Shown here piece by piece: positions 27,142 through 35,800 of a stretch of DNA of 64,000 bases. The position numbers were made by a program, and so were the translations under genes. Each line of letters opens with the position of its first letter. Positions within the stretch are counted from its first letter, which is position 1. The notes beneath the pieces are model-generated. The model was not told the DNA's origin. It worked only from the letters and a program-made list of their open reading frames with translations, and made no database searches. The stretch covers positions 182,177 through 246,176 of the forward strand of contig DASZSF010000005.1 of the NCBI GenBank assembly GCA_035548815.1, in the 5' to 3' direction. This stretch comes from Minisyncoccota bacterium (GTDB taxonomy: Bacteria; Patescibacteriota; Minisyncoccia; Phycocordibacterales; SBAW01).

Positions 27142-27729
27142 ATGACCCTAGGAACCCTTGAATTTTTGAAGGCAGTGGAGCATCCGGAGATGGTTGCGGG
27201 AAAGGTGAGTGAGGCGTTGGGAAAAGTCAGTGGGGCGGATGGGGTTGGGGTAAGTGAGATTGATCCGAGTTTGTCGGACACAGCTGCATTTTGTGAAAAA
27301 TATCAGATTGGGCCGGAGGTGGCTGCAAACTGCGTAATTTTGCGAGCGAAGAAAAGCGGAGCTGGCTCTGAAGGAAATAGCGAAACAACTGGAGGCGAGG
27401 TGCAAGTGCAGTATGTTGCGTGTGTTATTTTGGCCACGACCCGCGTTGATGTGAACGGTTTGATGCGCGAGGTGCTTGGCACTAAAAAGATTTCGTTCGC
27501 GCCAATGGACGAAGCGGTTTCGCTTTCGGAAATGGAATTTGGAGGCATCACGCCCGTTGGCCTTCCGGCTAGCTGGCCGATTTATATAGACAAAGCCGTT
27601 GCTGAATCGCCACAACTCATCATCGGCAGTGGTGTCCGTAAATCAAAACTATTGGTATCAGGAACCTTTCTTTCCACCTTGCCAAACGCTCAAATTTTGG
27701 AAGGATTAGGGCAAGTAAAACAAATATGA
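27142..27729 (+). CDS. YbaK/aminoacyl-tRNA editing domain protein
   Basis: DTAAFCEKY..AANCVI..KISFAPMDEAV..MEFGGITPVGLP..IGSGVRKSK. Confidence 0.88.
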   Translation: MTLGTLEFLKAVEHPEMVAGKVSEALGKVSGADGVGVSEIDPSLSDTAAFCEKYQIGPEVAANCVILRAKKSGAGSEGNSETTGGEVQVQYVACVILATTRVDVNGLMREVLGTKKISFAPMDEAVSLSEMEFGGITPVGLPASWPIYIDKAVAESPQLIIGSGVRKSKLLVSGTFLSTLPNAQILEGLGQVKQI

Positions 27730-28094
27730 AAAAAGCATACGGCTCATCAGAATTTTCAACGGCACCCCTCTCCTCGGCTCAAGAAATTGAAGGTCTGATA
27801 TTTGTTTCTGGCCAGATCCATGCAGACAAGAATTTGAATCTTATTGGTGAGACTATTGAAGAACGATTCACTGCAGTCATGGCAAATATAGAACGAATTT
27901 TGGTAGAGGCACAGTTAACGAATACTGATATCATTCAAGCGCGTCTCTATTTAACAAATCTTGATGAATTGCCAGCCCTCAATGAGATTTATAAACAATA
28001 TTTCAAGCACCCATTGCCAGCCCGTACAGCAATTGGAGTCTCAAAACTTCCTCTCGGAGCCTCACTTGAAATAGAAGTAATAGCTGCAAGATAG
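27726..28094 (+). CDS. RidA/YjgF family enamine deaminase
   Basis: IFVSGQI, PARTAIGVSKLP..LEIEVIA. Confidence 0.92.
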   Translation: MKKAYGSSEFSTAPLSSAQEIEGLIFVSGQIHADKNLNLIGETIEERFTAVMANIERILVEAQLTNTDIIQARLYLTNLDELPALNEIYKQYFKHPLPARTAIGVSKLPLGASLEIEVIAAR

Positions 28095-28095
28095 T

Positions 28096-28665
28096 ATGCC
28101 AAAGGTAGTTTTGCTTGATGCAGACGGAGTGGTGCTGAAAAAGACCGACGGATATTTTAGTGACAGATTTGCCGAAGAATATGGTGCTCCAAAAGAAGAT
28201 GTTCTCGAATTCTTTCGAGGGCCATTCAAACTCTGCCAAACAGGTAAGGCGGATTTGAAAGAAGAGTTGAAAGACAGGCTTCCGGCATGGGGCTGGAGCA
28301 AAAGTGTTGAAGAGTTTTTGGAGTATTGGTTTGAAGAAGCTCGCCTAGATGACGACGTGGTTGCGGTCGCCCAAACTTTCCGTGAAAAAGGCGTGAAGTG
28401 CTATCTCGCAACCGACCAAGAAAAATACCGAAAAGAATATATTTGGAAAAAATTGGAAGGGAAGCTAGACGGCTCGTTTATTTCCTCCGATATTGGCTTT
28501 ACCAAGTCACAACCAGAGTTTTTCGCGGCTGTTCTGCAGCAGCTTGGCGTTGAATCTTCCGATGTTACCTATTTTGACGACGACCAGCATAACGTTGACA
28601 CCGCAAAATCACTCGGCATCGACGCCCATTTCTATACCTCTATCGGCGATCTTAAAAAGTATTAA
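28096..28665 (+). CDS. HAD-superfamily hydrolase
   Basis: LDADGVV motif I; YFDD..NVDTAKSLGI motif IV. Confidence 0.9.
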   Translation: MPKVVLLDADGVVLKKTDGYFSDRFAEEYGAPKEDVLEFFRGPFKLCQTGKADLKEELKDRLPAWGWSKSVEEFLEYWFEEARLDDDVVAVAQTFREKGVKCYLATDQEKYRKEYIWKKLEGKLDGSFISSDIGFTKSQPEFFAAVLQQLGVESSDVTYFDDDQHNVDTAKSLGIDAHFYTSIGDLKKY

Positions 28666-28676
28666 ACTGCACACAT

Positions 28677-29132
28677 ATGAGGACGATTGAGAGGGATGTA
28701 GTAGCAGCACTGATTTTTTCCAAAGACGGGAAGCTTTTTCAGGCATATAGGACCAATGGGAACTCGGTGTATTCGCATAAATGGCACATTCCTGGCGGTG
28801 GTGTTGAAGAGGGCGAAGATCACACAACAGCGCTCGTGCGCGAAATGCAGGAAGAGCTGCAACTCGATATTTCGAACTGCCCAATTGAGCTGACTGACGA
28901 CCAAGGCGGCGGAGAATCTGAAAAGGTTTTGCGCGACACAGGCGAGCGTGTGTTTGCAAAGATGAAATACTTCGTCTACAAAGTGCAGTTAGACAAAAAT
29001 GCCGACGAAGTTGAAATCACCCTCGACCCGTACGAATTTGAGACATATAAATGGTCCGATCTTTCGGAATTAAAAGAAGACGAGGTGACTCCGCCGTCCG
29101 CGACGCTCTTTAAGCGCTTGGGCTATATGTAG
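28677..29132 (+). CDS. NUDIX hydrolase
   Basis: PGGGVEEGEDHTTALVREMQEEL Nudix box. Confidence 0.92.
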   Translation: MRTIERDVVAALIFSKDGKLFQAYRTNGNSVYSHKWHIPGGGVEEGEDHTTALVREMQEELQLDISNCPIELTDDQGGGESEKVLRDTGERVFAKMKYFVYKVQLDKNADEVEITLDPYEFETYKWSDLSELKEDEVTPPSATLFKRLGYM

Positions 29133-29136
29133 TGAA

Positions 29137-29157
29137 TGACGAGGACCGTCCTCGTCA
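29137..29157. repeat. Perfect 21-bp palindrome
   Basis: tgacgaggac-c-gtcctcgtca. Confidence 0.75.
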
Positions 29158-29171
29158 AATTCATATAAAAG

Positions 29172-29199
29172 AAAAAGGCGGCTTTGGGGCCGCCTTTTT
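29172..29199. terminator. Bidirectional terminator
   Basis: aaaaaggcggc-tttggg-gccgccttttt. Confidence 0.75.
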
Positions 29200-29294
29200 G
29201 GGTGAGTCTGCGCCGCTGTTATTGGTGCCACAAAGGGCTTTCCTTTGTAAACAGATTCATGTAATAAACATGTTCCGTGTGCGTTATATAGAGT

Positions 29295-29453
29295 ATGAGA
29301 AGGATGGCGGCTAAACATAAAGATGCAGGCGGGGTGACCGCCTTGGCGCTCGCGGCCGTCATCGCGTACTCGCTCTGGGGCGCATTTGTTTTGCACGAAC
29401 ACAAAGTCCAAGTCGCTCACGAACAGCCTGCACAGAGTTTGGCTGTTAAATAG
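29295..29453 (+). CDS. 52-aa single-TM protein (below ORF-track cutoff)
   Basis: MRRMAAKHKDAGGVTALALAAVIAYSLWGAFVLHEHK...; fills the gap before the methyltransferase. Confidence 0.45.
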   Translation: MRRMAAKHKDAGGVTALALAAVIAYSLWGAFVLHEHKVQVAHEQPAQSLAVK

Positions 29454-29471
29454 TGCGGTACAATAGGGGCA

Positions 29472-30014
29472 ATGGAAACGGGTTTTTTGCATCCTACTGA
29501 TGCTCTGAATGCGGCACATGTGCATGAAGGCATGATTGTCGCCGACTTGGGCGCGGGTTCAGGCTTTTTTACTCGCGCTGCGGCGCGCATCGTAGGCGAA
29601 GGTGGCCAAGTGTGGGCAGTGGACACAAATCAGGACATGCTGCCACGGCTCAAAAACTTAGGCGAGGCGGAAGGTTTACACAATATTGAGGTAATGAAGG
29701 GCGATATTGAAACGGTTGGCGGCAGCAACCTCCCAGCCGGGCATTTTGATTTTTGTATCTTAACCAACGTGCTGTTTTGCGCCGAAAATAAAACTGCTGC
29801 CGTGGGCGAAGTAAAACGATTGCTCAAAACGGGTGGCCGCGCGCTCGTTATCGACTGGACCGATTCGTTTGGAGGTTTGGGCCCGCACCCCGGGCACGTT
29901 ATTGAAGAAGCGACCGCGCGCGAACTATTTGAAAACGCAGGGCTCGCGTTCGTTCAAGCCGTGCCTGCAGGGAGCTACCACTGGGGATTTATTGTTCGAA
30001 AGAAGGCAGAATGA
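29472..30014 (+). CDS. Class I SAM-dependent methyltransferase
   Basis: VADLGAGSGFF, LKTGGRALVIDW. Confidence 0.9.
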   Translation: METGFLHPTDALNAAHVHEGMIVADLGAGSGFFTRAAARIVGEGGQVWAVDTNQDMLPRLKNLGEAEGLHNIEVMKGDIETVGGSNLPAGHFDFCILTNVLFCAENKTAAVGEVKRLLKTGGRALVIDWTDSFGGLGPHPGHVIEEATARELFENAGLAFVQAVPAGSYHWGFIVRKKAE

Positions 30015-30025
30015 CGAGCTATACT

Positions 30026-30109
30026 GCTTATAGAAATGCTCCGCATTTATATAAGCGTCGCTCGCTCGGAAATTAAAGTAAACTTCATTTCTCTCACTCG
30101 CTAGCTTAT
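30026..30109. repeat. X-X'-core-X element in the leader of the solute-binding protein gene
   Basis: gcttat..ataagc hairpin, cgctcgctcgga..taaactt..ctcactcgct, then gcttATG. Confidence 0.7.
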
Positions 30110-31412
30110 GAAAATGACCAACTTCCAACTTATTTTTACGGGAGCCTTCGTCTTTTTTATTGTGTGCGGCCTTGTCGCATTTTCTCTCTACACCACTAAA
30201 AGCAACAACATCGGCAATGTGGTCGTGTGGGGCACGCTTGACGGCGGCACGATGTCGAAGCTTATCAATGACCTTAGCCAACAGGACAAGTCGTATCAGA
30301 GCGTCACGTATGTCGAACGCCCAGCCGCTACATTTGTCAGCGACGTTATAAACGCAATGGCCAGTGGCACAGGGCCTGACCTTGTGCTCATAAGCCAAGA
30401 CCAGCTCAACGCCTTTTCTAACAAGCTTTCTGTCATTCCATACAGCGCGGTATCGCAGTCAACCTACGTCTCTTCCTACATTGCAGAAAGCCAGCTCTTC
30501 TTGACTGCTGATGGCGCCTTCGCATTGCCATTTGTTATAAATCCTATGGTCTTGTATTGGAATCGCAATCTCGTGTCTTCGGCAGGATTGGGGCAGCCGC
30601 CAAAATATTGGGACGACTTGCTTACAACCGCGCAGAAGCTTACGGTCTTAGATGCAAACAACAATGTCAAAAAGAGTGCCATAGCGATGGGCTCGTGGGA
30701 CAATGTTGCGTATGCAAAGCAAATAGTGGCAGCGCTCTTTATGCAGGCGGGGGACAGTATTACACAATACGACCAGACGGGTGCACTTAGGTCCGTATTT
30801 GGCCAAACACCACAGGGGGCTCCCGAAAATCCAGCATCGTCAGCGTTGCAGTTTTATACCGAGTTCGCCAACCCATCAAAAGTTACCTATTCGTGGAATC
30901 GCTCACTGCCCAAATCAACCGACGCATTTACAGCAGGGGATGCGGCTCTCTATGTTGGGTTTGCAAGCGACTATCCGGATCTTTTGTCGCGAAACCCTAA
31001 CTTAAATATCGGGGTAGCGCTCCTGCCCCAGATCCAGGGCAATAGTACCGCCCTTACGTTCGGGCAGCTTACCGGCATTGCCATTCCGCGCACGGCGTTT
31101 AACCCAACTGGTGCGCTTACTATAGCAGAGAAACTTTCGGGCGCGACAGCCGTTGGTGCAGCTGCGGCAGCGTTCGGGTTTCCACCTGTACGCCTTGATG
31201 TGCCGACAGACACGTCAGCCAATGCGGCACAGGCCGTCTTTTACCAGTCATCGCTTATTGCACGCGGCTGGATCGACCCCGACTATGCCGCGAGCGATGC
31301 TATATTTAGGACGATGGTGGATGCGGTGGTCAGCAACAAGTCATTGCCTGACACGGCGGTGCAAGATGCCGCGCAGTCTCTCCAGGCGCTCATATCACAC
31401 ACAGGACAATGA
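30108..31412 (+). CDS. Extracellular solute-binding protein (family 1-like)
   Basis: N-terminal anchor, GTGPDL, LYWNRNL, PPKYWDDL; no permease or ATPase adjacent. Confidence 0.85.
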   Translation: MKMTNFQLIFTGAFVFFIVCGLVAFSLYTTKSNNIGNVVVWGTLDGGTMSKLINDLSQQDKSYQSVTYVERPAATFVSDVINAMASGTGPDLVLISQDQLNAFSNKLSVIPYSAVSQSTYVSSYIAESQLFLTADGAFALPFVINPMVLYWNRNLVSSAGLGQPPKYWDDLLTTAQKLTVLDANNNVKKSAIAMGSWDNVAYAKQIVAALFMQAGDSITQYDQTGALRSVFGQTPQGAPENPASSALQFYTEFANPSKVTYSWNRSLPKSTDAFTAGDAALYVGFASDYPDLLSRNPNLNIGVALLPQIQGNSTALTFGQLTGIAIPRTAFNPTGALTIAEKLSGATAVGAAAAAFGFPPVRLDVPTDTSANAAQAVFYQSSLIARGWIDPDYAASDAIFRTMVDAVVSNKSLPDTAVQDAAQSLQALISHTGQ

Positions 31413-31792
31413 AAACACTAGGCTATATCTCAACCACTGTGACCTTGATGTGCATGCCGCTTATCGCAGAGGCAGCTGGTGGCGGTGTGGGATTCCAAAA
31501 TCCTCTCAATGCCAGCACCATTTGCGGGGCGCTGAAGATATTTTTGGATGGACTCATGGCCCTTGCCGTTCCTGTGGCGGTAGTATTTTTGGTCTACGCG
31601 GGCTTTTTATTTGTATGGGCACGTGGAAATCAAGAAGCGCTGACAAAGGCAAAGAAGAATCTTTTTTACACGGTACTGGGTATTGCGATCTTTATGGGCG
31701 CGTGGCTTTTAGGACAAGTTGTGGCAAACACCTTTAACAGCCTGGCGAGCGGTGCAGGACAGCCAAATTCCCAGATAGGGCAATGTCAATAA
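31409..31792 (+). CDS. TrbC/VirB2-type pilin
   Basis: Signal peptide, FQNPL, YAGFLFVWARGNQEALTKAKKNLFYTVLGIAI. Confidence 0.85.
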   Translation: MKTLGYISTTVTLMCMPLIAEAAGGGVGFQNPLNASTICGALKIFLDGLMALAVPVAVVFLVYAGFLFVWARGNQEALTKAKKNLFYTVLGIAIFMGAWLLGQVVANTFNSLASGAGQPNSQIGQCQ

Positions 31793-31793
31793 T

Positions 31794-32099
31794 ATGAATA
31801 CACTTTTAAGCGCAGGTGATACATTTAAAGATGTCATTTCCCGCCTCATAGGGCTAATGAACCTGCTCATCTGGCCGCTCATAGGGTTTGCGATTCTTTT
31901 CTTCTTTTATGCGCTTGTCCGCTTCGTTTTCAAAGGCGGAGATTCGAAAGCTCGGATACAAGGCCGTCAGGCAATCTTATGGAGCTTAATAGCACTATTC
32001 GTTCTCTTTTCACTCTGGGGACTTGTGAGATTGCTCCAGACAGCCGTGTTTGTTGGCACTCCGGCACAAGAGCTCCAGAGGGGCACACAGCCGCTATAA
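31794..32099 (+). CDS. Pilin-like membrane protein
   Basis: Two TMs with GRQAILWSLIALFVLFSLWGLV. Confidence 0.8.
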   Translation: MNTLLSAGDTFKDVISRLIGLMNLLIWPLIGFAILFFFYALVRFVFKGGDSKARIQGRQAILWSLIALFVLFSLWGLVRLLQTAVFVGTPAQELQRGTQPL

Positions 32100-32164
32100 T
32101 CTATCCACACGAGGGTCTTGTGCGGGTGAGTGCGCTTGTTACACTATAAGTATATTAATTTAGA

Positions 32165-32527
32165 ATGAGTATGAAGAAGATTACTTCGATAGGCCTCCTT
32201 TTCCTTGCAGTTGCGCCGTTTATTGCGTCAGCACAATTATCAAACGTCCGAACTCTCATTGGCGCAGTCGGGAGCATCATCAACATGCTCATCCCGCTTT
32301 TGGTGGGAGTAGCGATTCTCGCGTTCTTCTGGGGTCTTATTAAATATATAAGTGGGGGAAAGGGAATGAAGGCAGGGCGTAACACCATGATCGCCGGTAT
32401 TGTTTCGTTCTTCATCATGGTATCGCTCTACGGCATTGTAAACTTCGCAGGTTCAGCACTTGGTATCAACCAAAACGGCCAGGGTAATGCTGTTCGCCCG
32501 AATGCGCCATCTATCCCGACCCAGTAG
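32165..32527 (+). CDS. Pilin-like membrane protein
   Basis: Signal peptide, FFWGLIKYI..GRNTMIAGIVSFFIMVSLYGIV. Confidence 0.8.
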   Translation: MSMKKITSIGLLFLAVAPFIASAQLSNVRTLIGAVGSIINMLIPLLVGVAILAFFWGLIKYISGGKGMKAGRNTMIAGIVSFFIMVSLYGIVNFAGSALGINQNGQGNAVRPNAPSIPTQ

Positions 32528-32533
32528 TCAATC

Positions 32534-32788
32534 TTGAAAACTCTCGTCAATCTTTTCTCGAATATAATCATAAACCCACTCCTGGCATTACTGTTTGGAG
32601 TGGGTTTGTTGGTGTTTGTGTTCGGTGTTGCAGAATTTTTGTTTGAGTTTGATGTACGTGGCAACCAGACTGCACGAGAGGAGGGCAAAAAACATATGCT
32701 CTGGGGTGTTATAGGCATGTTTATCATGGCCTCAGCCTATAGCATCATTGAAGTTATCGCCTCAACGCTGGGAGCCAAACTTCCGTAA
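32534..32788 (+). CDS. Pilin-like membrane protein
   Basis: IINPLL..GKKHMLWGVIGMFIMASAYSII. Confidence 0.75.
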   Translation: MKTLVNLFSNIIINPLLALLFGVGLLVFVFGVAEFLFEFDVRGNQTAREEGKKHMLWGVIGMFIMASAYSIIEVIASTLGAKLP

Positions 32789-32811
32789 TTTTTGAAATGA
32801 AAAAGAAAACA

Positions 32812-32836
32812 CCAGAGCCCTTGAGAGGGTTCTGGC
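32812..32836 (-). terminator. Terminator of the SPFH cassette
   Basis: ccagagccct-tgag-agggttctgg followed by U tract on minus strand. Confidence 0.6.
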
Positions 32837-32872
32837 GCTGGATGTTGTCAGAAAAGGATATGCAGGACGATT

Positions 32873-33337
32873 CTACGGCGGCAGGAGCTGGACGGAGCCA
32901 TTGAACTCCGTGTCCGCGGCCGCAACCGCTTCGATCGAATCCGGCATTGCCTGACACAGCCGGTTTGGATCTCGCAACTTTGGGTCGCAGATCAATATCT
33001 TGTCTTGATCTGCAGTTTTTCCCTTCTGCCAGACCCAGGCAAGGTGCCCCTGCAAGGTTAGACCCACCCTGCAGGTGCCCGATGGGTTCACCACGGTGCG
33101 AACCATGGTGAACCGCATGTTCCGCTGTACGCTGTCGCAGGCGGCGTTTGGCGTCTGCGACTGATTGGCTGTTGGGGGCCAGGCACCGGAATCCACAATC
33201 GCCATTCCCCAGATAAGGCAGCCAAAGAATATCAGGCCCCCTATCGCTAGGCCAACTACCATCATCATGCGAGACGCTCTCCGCGATGCAGCGACCATCA
33301 GCGGCGGAGCGAGACGGCTTGCATGTACGGGGTCCAT
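32873..33337 (-). CDS. Hypothetical membrane-anchored Cys-containing protein
   Basis: Start overlaps upstream stop (TAATG); one TM; four Cys in C-terminal part. Confidence 0.65.
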   Translation of the reverse strand: MDPVHASRLAPPLMVAASRRASRMMMVVGLAIGGLIFFGCLIWGMAIVDSGAWPPTANQSQTPNAACDSVQRNMRFTMVRTVVNPSGTCRVGLTLQGHLAWVWQKGKTADQDKILICDPKLRDPNRLCQAMPDSIEAVAAADTEFNGSVQLLPP

Positions 33338-34560
33338 TAGTGGTCTCCTCCGTGATTGTCATGGCCGTGGTTACCGTTGGAGTCGTTTTTCTTGCCGCCT
33401 CCAAACGCTGCTGCCAAGCCTGCGGCAAAGGCGCCGAAGCCTCCGCCGATGTGCTTGGCTGTTTCAGTGGCTTCGGAATTGGTTTCAACCCGGATGATTC
33501 TCACATCCCGGTTGATGCCCTTTTCCTTGGCATTCAGCATCACTTTGTCCATTTCGTCCTGGAAGGTCGTCGTTGGCTTGCCGTCTACCATCGAGGCTTC
33601 GACATTCTTTCTTGCTGTACGTCGATAGATTTCCATCGTGATTTCGCCCTCGCGAGCTTCAGCATAGTCTGTCGGCAGCTTGAGAGTCCCAAGCACGACA
33701 CGTTCTACGGTTGCCCCGTATTGTTCTTCAAAGCTGCTGCCGCGCACGTCCCTGTCTTTGGGTTGTGAGGCTGCGAGGCCTGACTGGCCAGCCGGAGCCA
33801 CTTGTTCCGTGCCCGCAAGCGCTTCGATGAGCGATACCTGGATGTCAGGAATCTTGGCTGACAGCTCGTCCATGGTAACCTTGGCGACCTGTTCGCGCGC
33901 GTCGCTCTCGAAGATATCCAACGCTCCTTCGTTGATTGTTTCTGTTGAGTGGCTGATGTGCACCAACAGCAGCGGACCGAATGTACGCCAACGAACCGTC
34001 GGCTCGGGGAAGGTGGCGGTCAGCCCGTCCATTGTGGGGAACGAGATGGACCGGCCGAACGTACTACTTCGAAGCGATATGTAGTCGGTGTCCGGATTCA
34101 CAACCTCCCACGGCAAGCGGATATTGAACCAGCCTTGTGTAAATACATGCACGCGGCCGGTGAATATGTCCATCGCCATCGCTGCAGTCACTTTTGGCAC
34201 GGGCACCGACAGGTACCACGTGATGCATGAAAACTCAGCGATGAATAGACCGAGCGCCATTCCAATCCGGATTTTCGGTGGGAAGACGACCAGAAGATTC
34301 ATGATGTACGCATCGGGCACCAACACGATGAGCCCGATGACTGCCCATATGAGCAGTCGATCCCATGTATTCCCGGCTTTGCCGGTTATCTTGAGGCCAT
34401 AGCGCATGGCGATTTCTTGAAGCTCTGCCGGAGTTTTCTTTTGGATTCCGGCAGACTGAGAGGTTGGCATGGCTGGCGAATTCTTCGCCGAAGGCCATGC
34501 ATAGACAGCGCACGCAGCCGCGACGGCCACGAGCGAGAGGATGATGATAGGCAGAAGCAT
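33337..34560 (-). CDS. SPFH/band-7-like membrane protein
   Basis: Three TMs, then VFTQGWFNIRLPWEVV..FPTMDGLTA..YGATVERVVLG; own promoter (TTGACA 34682-34687, TATAAT 34658-34663) and AAAGGGG SD. Confidence 0.65.
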   Translation of the reverse strand: MLLPIIILSLVAVAAACAVYAWPSAKNSPAMPTSQSAGIQKKTPAELQEIAMRYGLKITGKAGNTWDRLLIWAVIGLIVLVPDAYIMNLLVVFPPKIRIGMALGLFIAEFSCITWYLSVPVPKVTAAMAMDIFTGRVHVFTQGWFNIRLPWEVVNPDTDYISLRSSTFGRSISFPTMDGLTATFPEPTVRWRTFGPLLLVHISHSTETINEGALDIFESDAREQVAKVTMDELSAKIPDIQVSLIEALAGTEQVAPAGQSGLAASQPKDRDVRGSSFEEQYGATVERVVLGTLKLPTDYAEAREGEITMEIYRRTARKNVEASMVDGKPTTTFQDEMDKVMLNAKEKGINRDVRIIRVETNSEATETAKHIGGGFGAFAAGLAAAFGGGKKNDSNGNHGHDNHGGDH

Positions 34561-34733
34561 GTTGTCTACCCCTTTCTCAAAGGTCTGTGCGGCAGCGCCG
34601 CAGCGTGGTGAATGTCTGTCCATTCCAGAGCCGAAGCCATGGATGGTATTCCTTAGAATTATATCACAATAAAAGCTCTTTTGTCAAGCTAAAAAAGATA
34701 CAGAAAATAAGCGTTTTTTGGAAATTTGACGAG

Positions 34734-34815
34734 TGCTGGGGAGAGGACTTGAACCTCCATGGATTGCTCCGCCTGCTCCTAAGGCAGGTGCGTATACCAA
34801 TTCCGCCACCCCAGC
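34734..34815 (-). tRNA. tRNA-Leu(TAG)
   Basis: cctgc-ctTAGga-gcagg, variable arm. Confidence 0.94.
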
Positions 34816-34829
34816 ATATGTGTAAACGG

Positions 34830-34902
34830 TGCGCCCACGAGGGCTCGAACCTCGGACCATCTCCTTAAGAGGGAGTTGCTCTACCAACTGAGCTATGGGC
34901 GC
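34830..34902 (-). tRNA. tRNA-Lys(CTT)
   Basis: ctcc-ctCTTaa-ggag. Confidence 0.93.
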
Positions 34903-34933
34903 GAACAGCAAAACAATACCATTAATTTTTATT

Positions 34934-35800
34934 TTAAAAAAGCCTGCCTTTTTGGAATCGCCATACTATTGGCGGGTAGGTAATGTAGCGTTCCACAAAG
35001 TGGGATTTAAATGTAGAGAATCCTTTCCATTCACGCGGTTCGCCTGGTTGCCAAAAATACATGAAGACAAGATTTTTAATGCCGCGTTTTAGCGAGTCTT
35101 TAAACCAATAGTCAACGAGCCCTGTCATTGCTTCTGTGCTGCGTGCCTCTTCGTATATAAACGTGCACATACGGGTGGTGCTATTGTACGTCGGGGAGGT
35201 AATGATAGCGTTTCCTGCAACTATAGCGTTTGTTTCATTATTTTCCACAACAAAAAATTCTATATGCGGCCGCACTTCTGGTAATGCATACTGGCGTCCA
35301 AGCGTGGCAAGAAGGTAGACGCCGACGTGCTTGTAGGTACGGCTCTTTTTGTACGCCGCTTTGTACTCTTCGAATGACACATGTTTTATGGAATGCGTCC
35401 GCCCCAGATGTTTGTCCCACTTTTTTGCATTGCGTTGCGCGTCTTTGCTCCACCTAAGGCGGTAATTCGAGTCTGTGAGTTCAACCAAACCATCTTTCCG
35501 CCACGACTGTGGGCGCCATATACTGTGCCAATGCGGCGGGACGTCCGTGCGGCGCACGCGTTTCCACATTATTATTCTGTTATAGGCGAGCGCTCCAGAA
35601 TGAGCATGGGAAAGATCAGGTTCAGCATCGCCACTAAAGAGTTCAAAACATATAGGCCATAAACACCAACGGGTGCTCGTTGGTGTACGTTCGCGCCGGC
35701 ATATCGGCGGAGGCAGGGCTATCATGCCAAATTCAGGCCATAGTTCAGGCGGGGCGAACCACTCCGGCGCTGTCGTATCGTGCTCCTCTTCTGTCCCCAT
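34934..35800 (-). CDS. GNAT/FemAB-like protein (paralog 2)
   Basis: RWSKDAQRNAKK, GLVDYWFKDSLKRG..KGFSTFKSHF. Confidence 0.6.
   Translation of the reverse strand: MGTEEEHDTTAPEWFAPPELWPEFGMIALPPPICRRERTPTSTRWCLWPICFELFSGDAEPDLSHAHSGALAYNRIIMWKRVRRTDVPPHWHSIWRPQSWRKDGLVELTDSNYRLRWSKDAQRNAKKWDKHLGRTHSIKHVSFEEYKAAYKKSRTYKHVGVYLLATLGRQYALPEVRPHIEFFVVENNETNAIVAGNAIITSPTYNSTTRMCTFIYEEARSTEAMTGLVDYWFKDSLKRGIKNLVFMYFWQPGEPREWKGFSTFKSHFVERYITYPPIVWRFQKGRLF

Noticed and set aside
27352-27410. Gly/Ser-rich insertion in YbaK as a palindromic element
   Set aside because: No convincing inverted repeat in the DNA.
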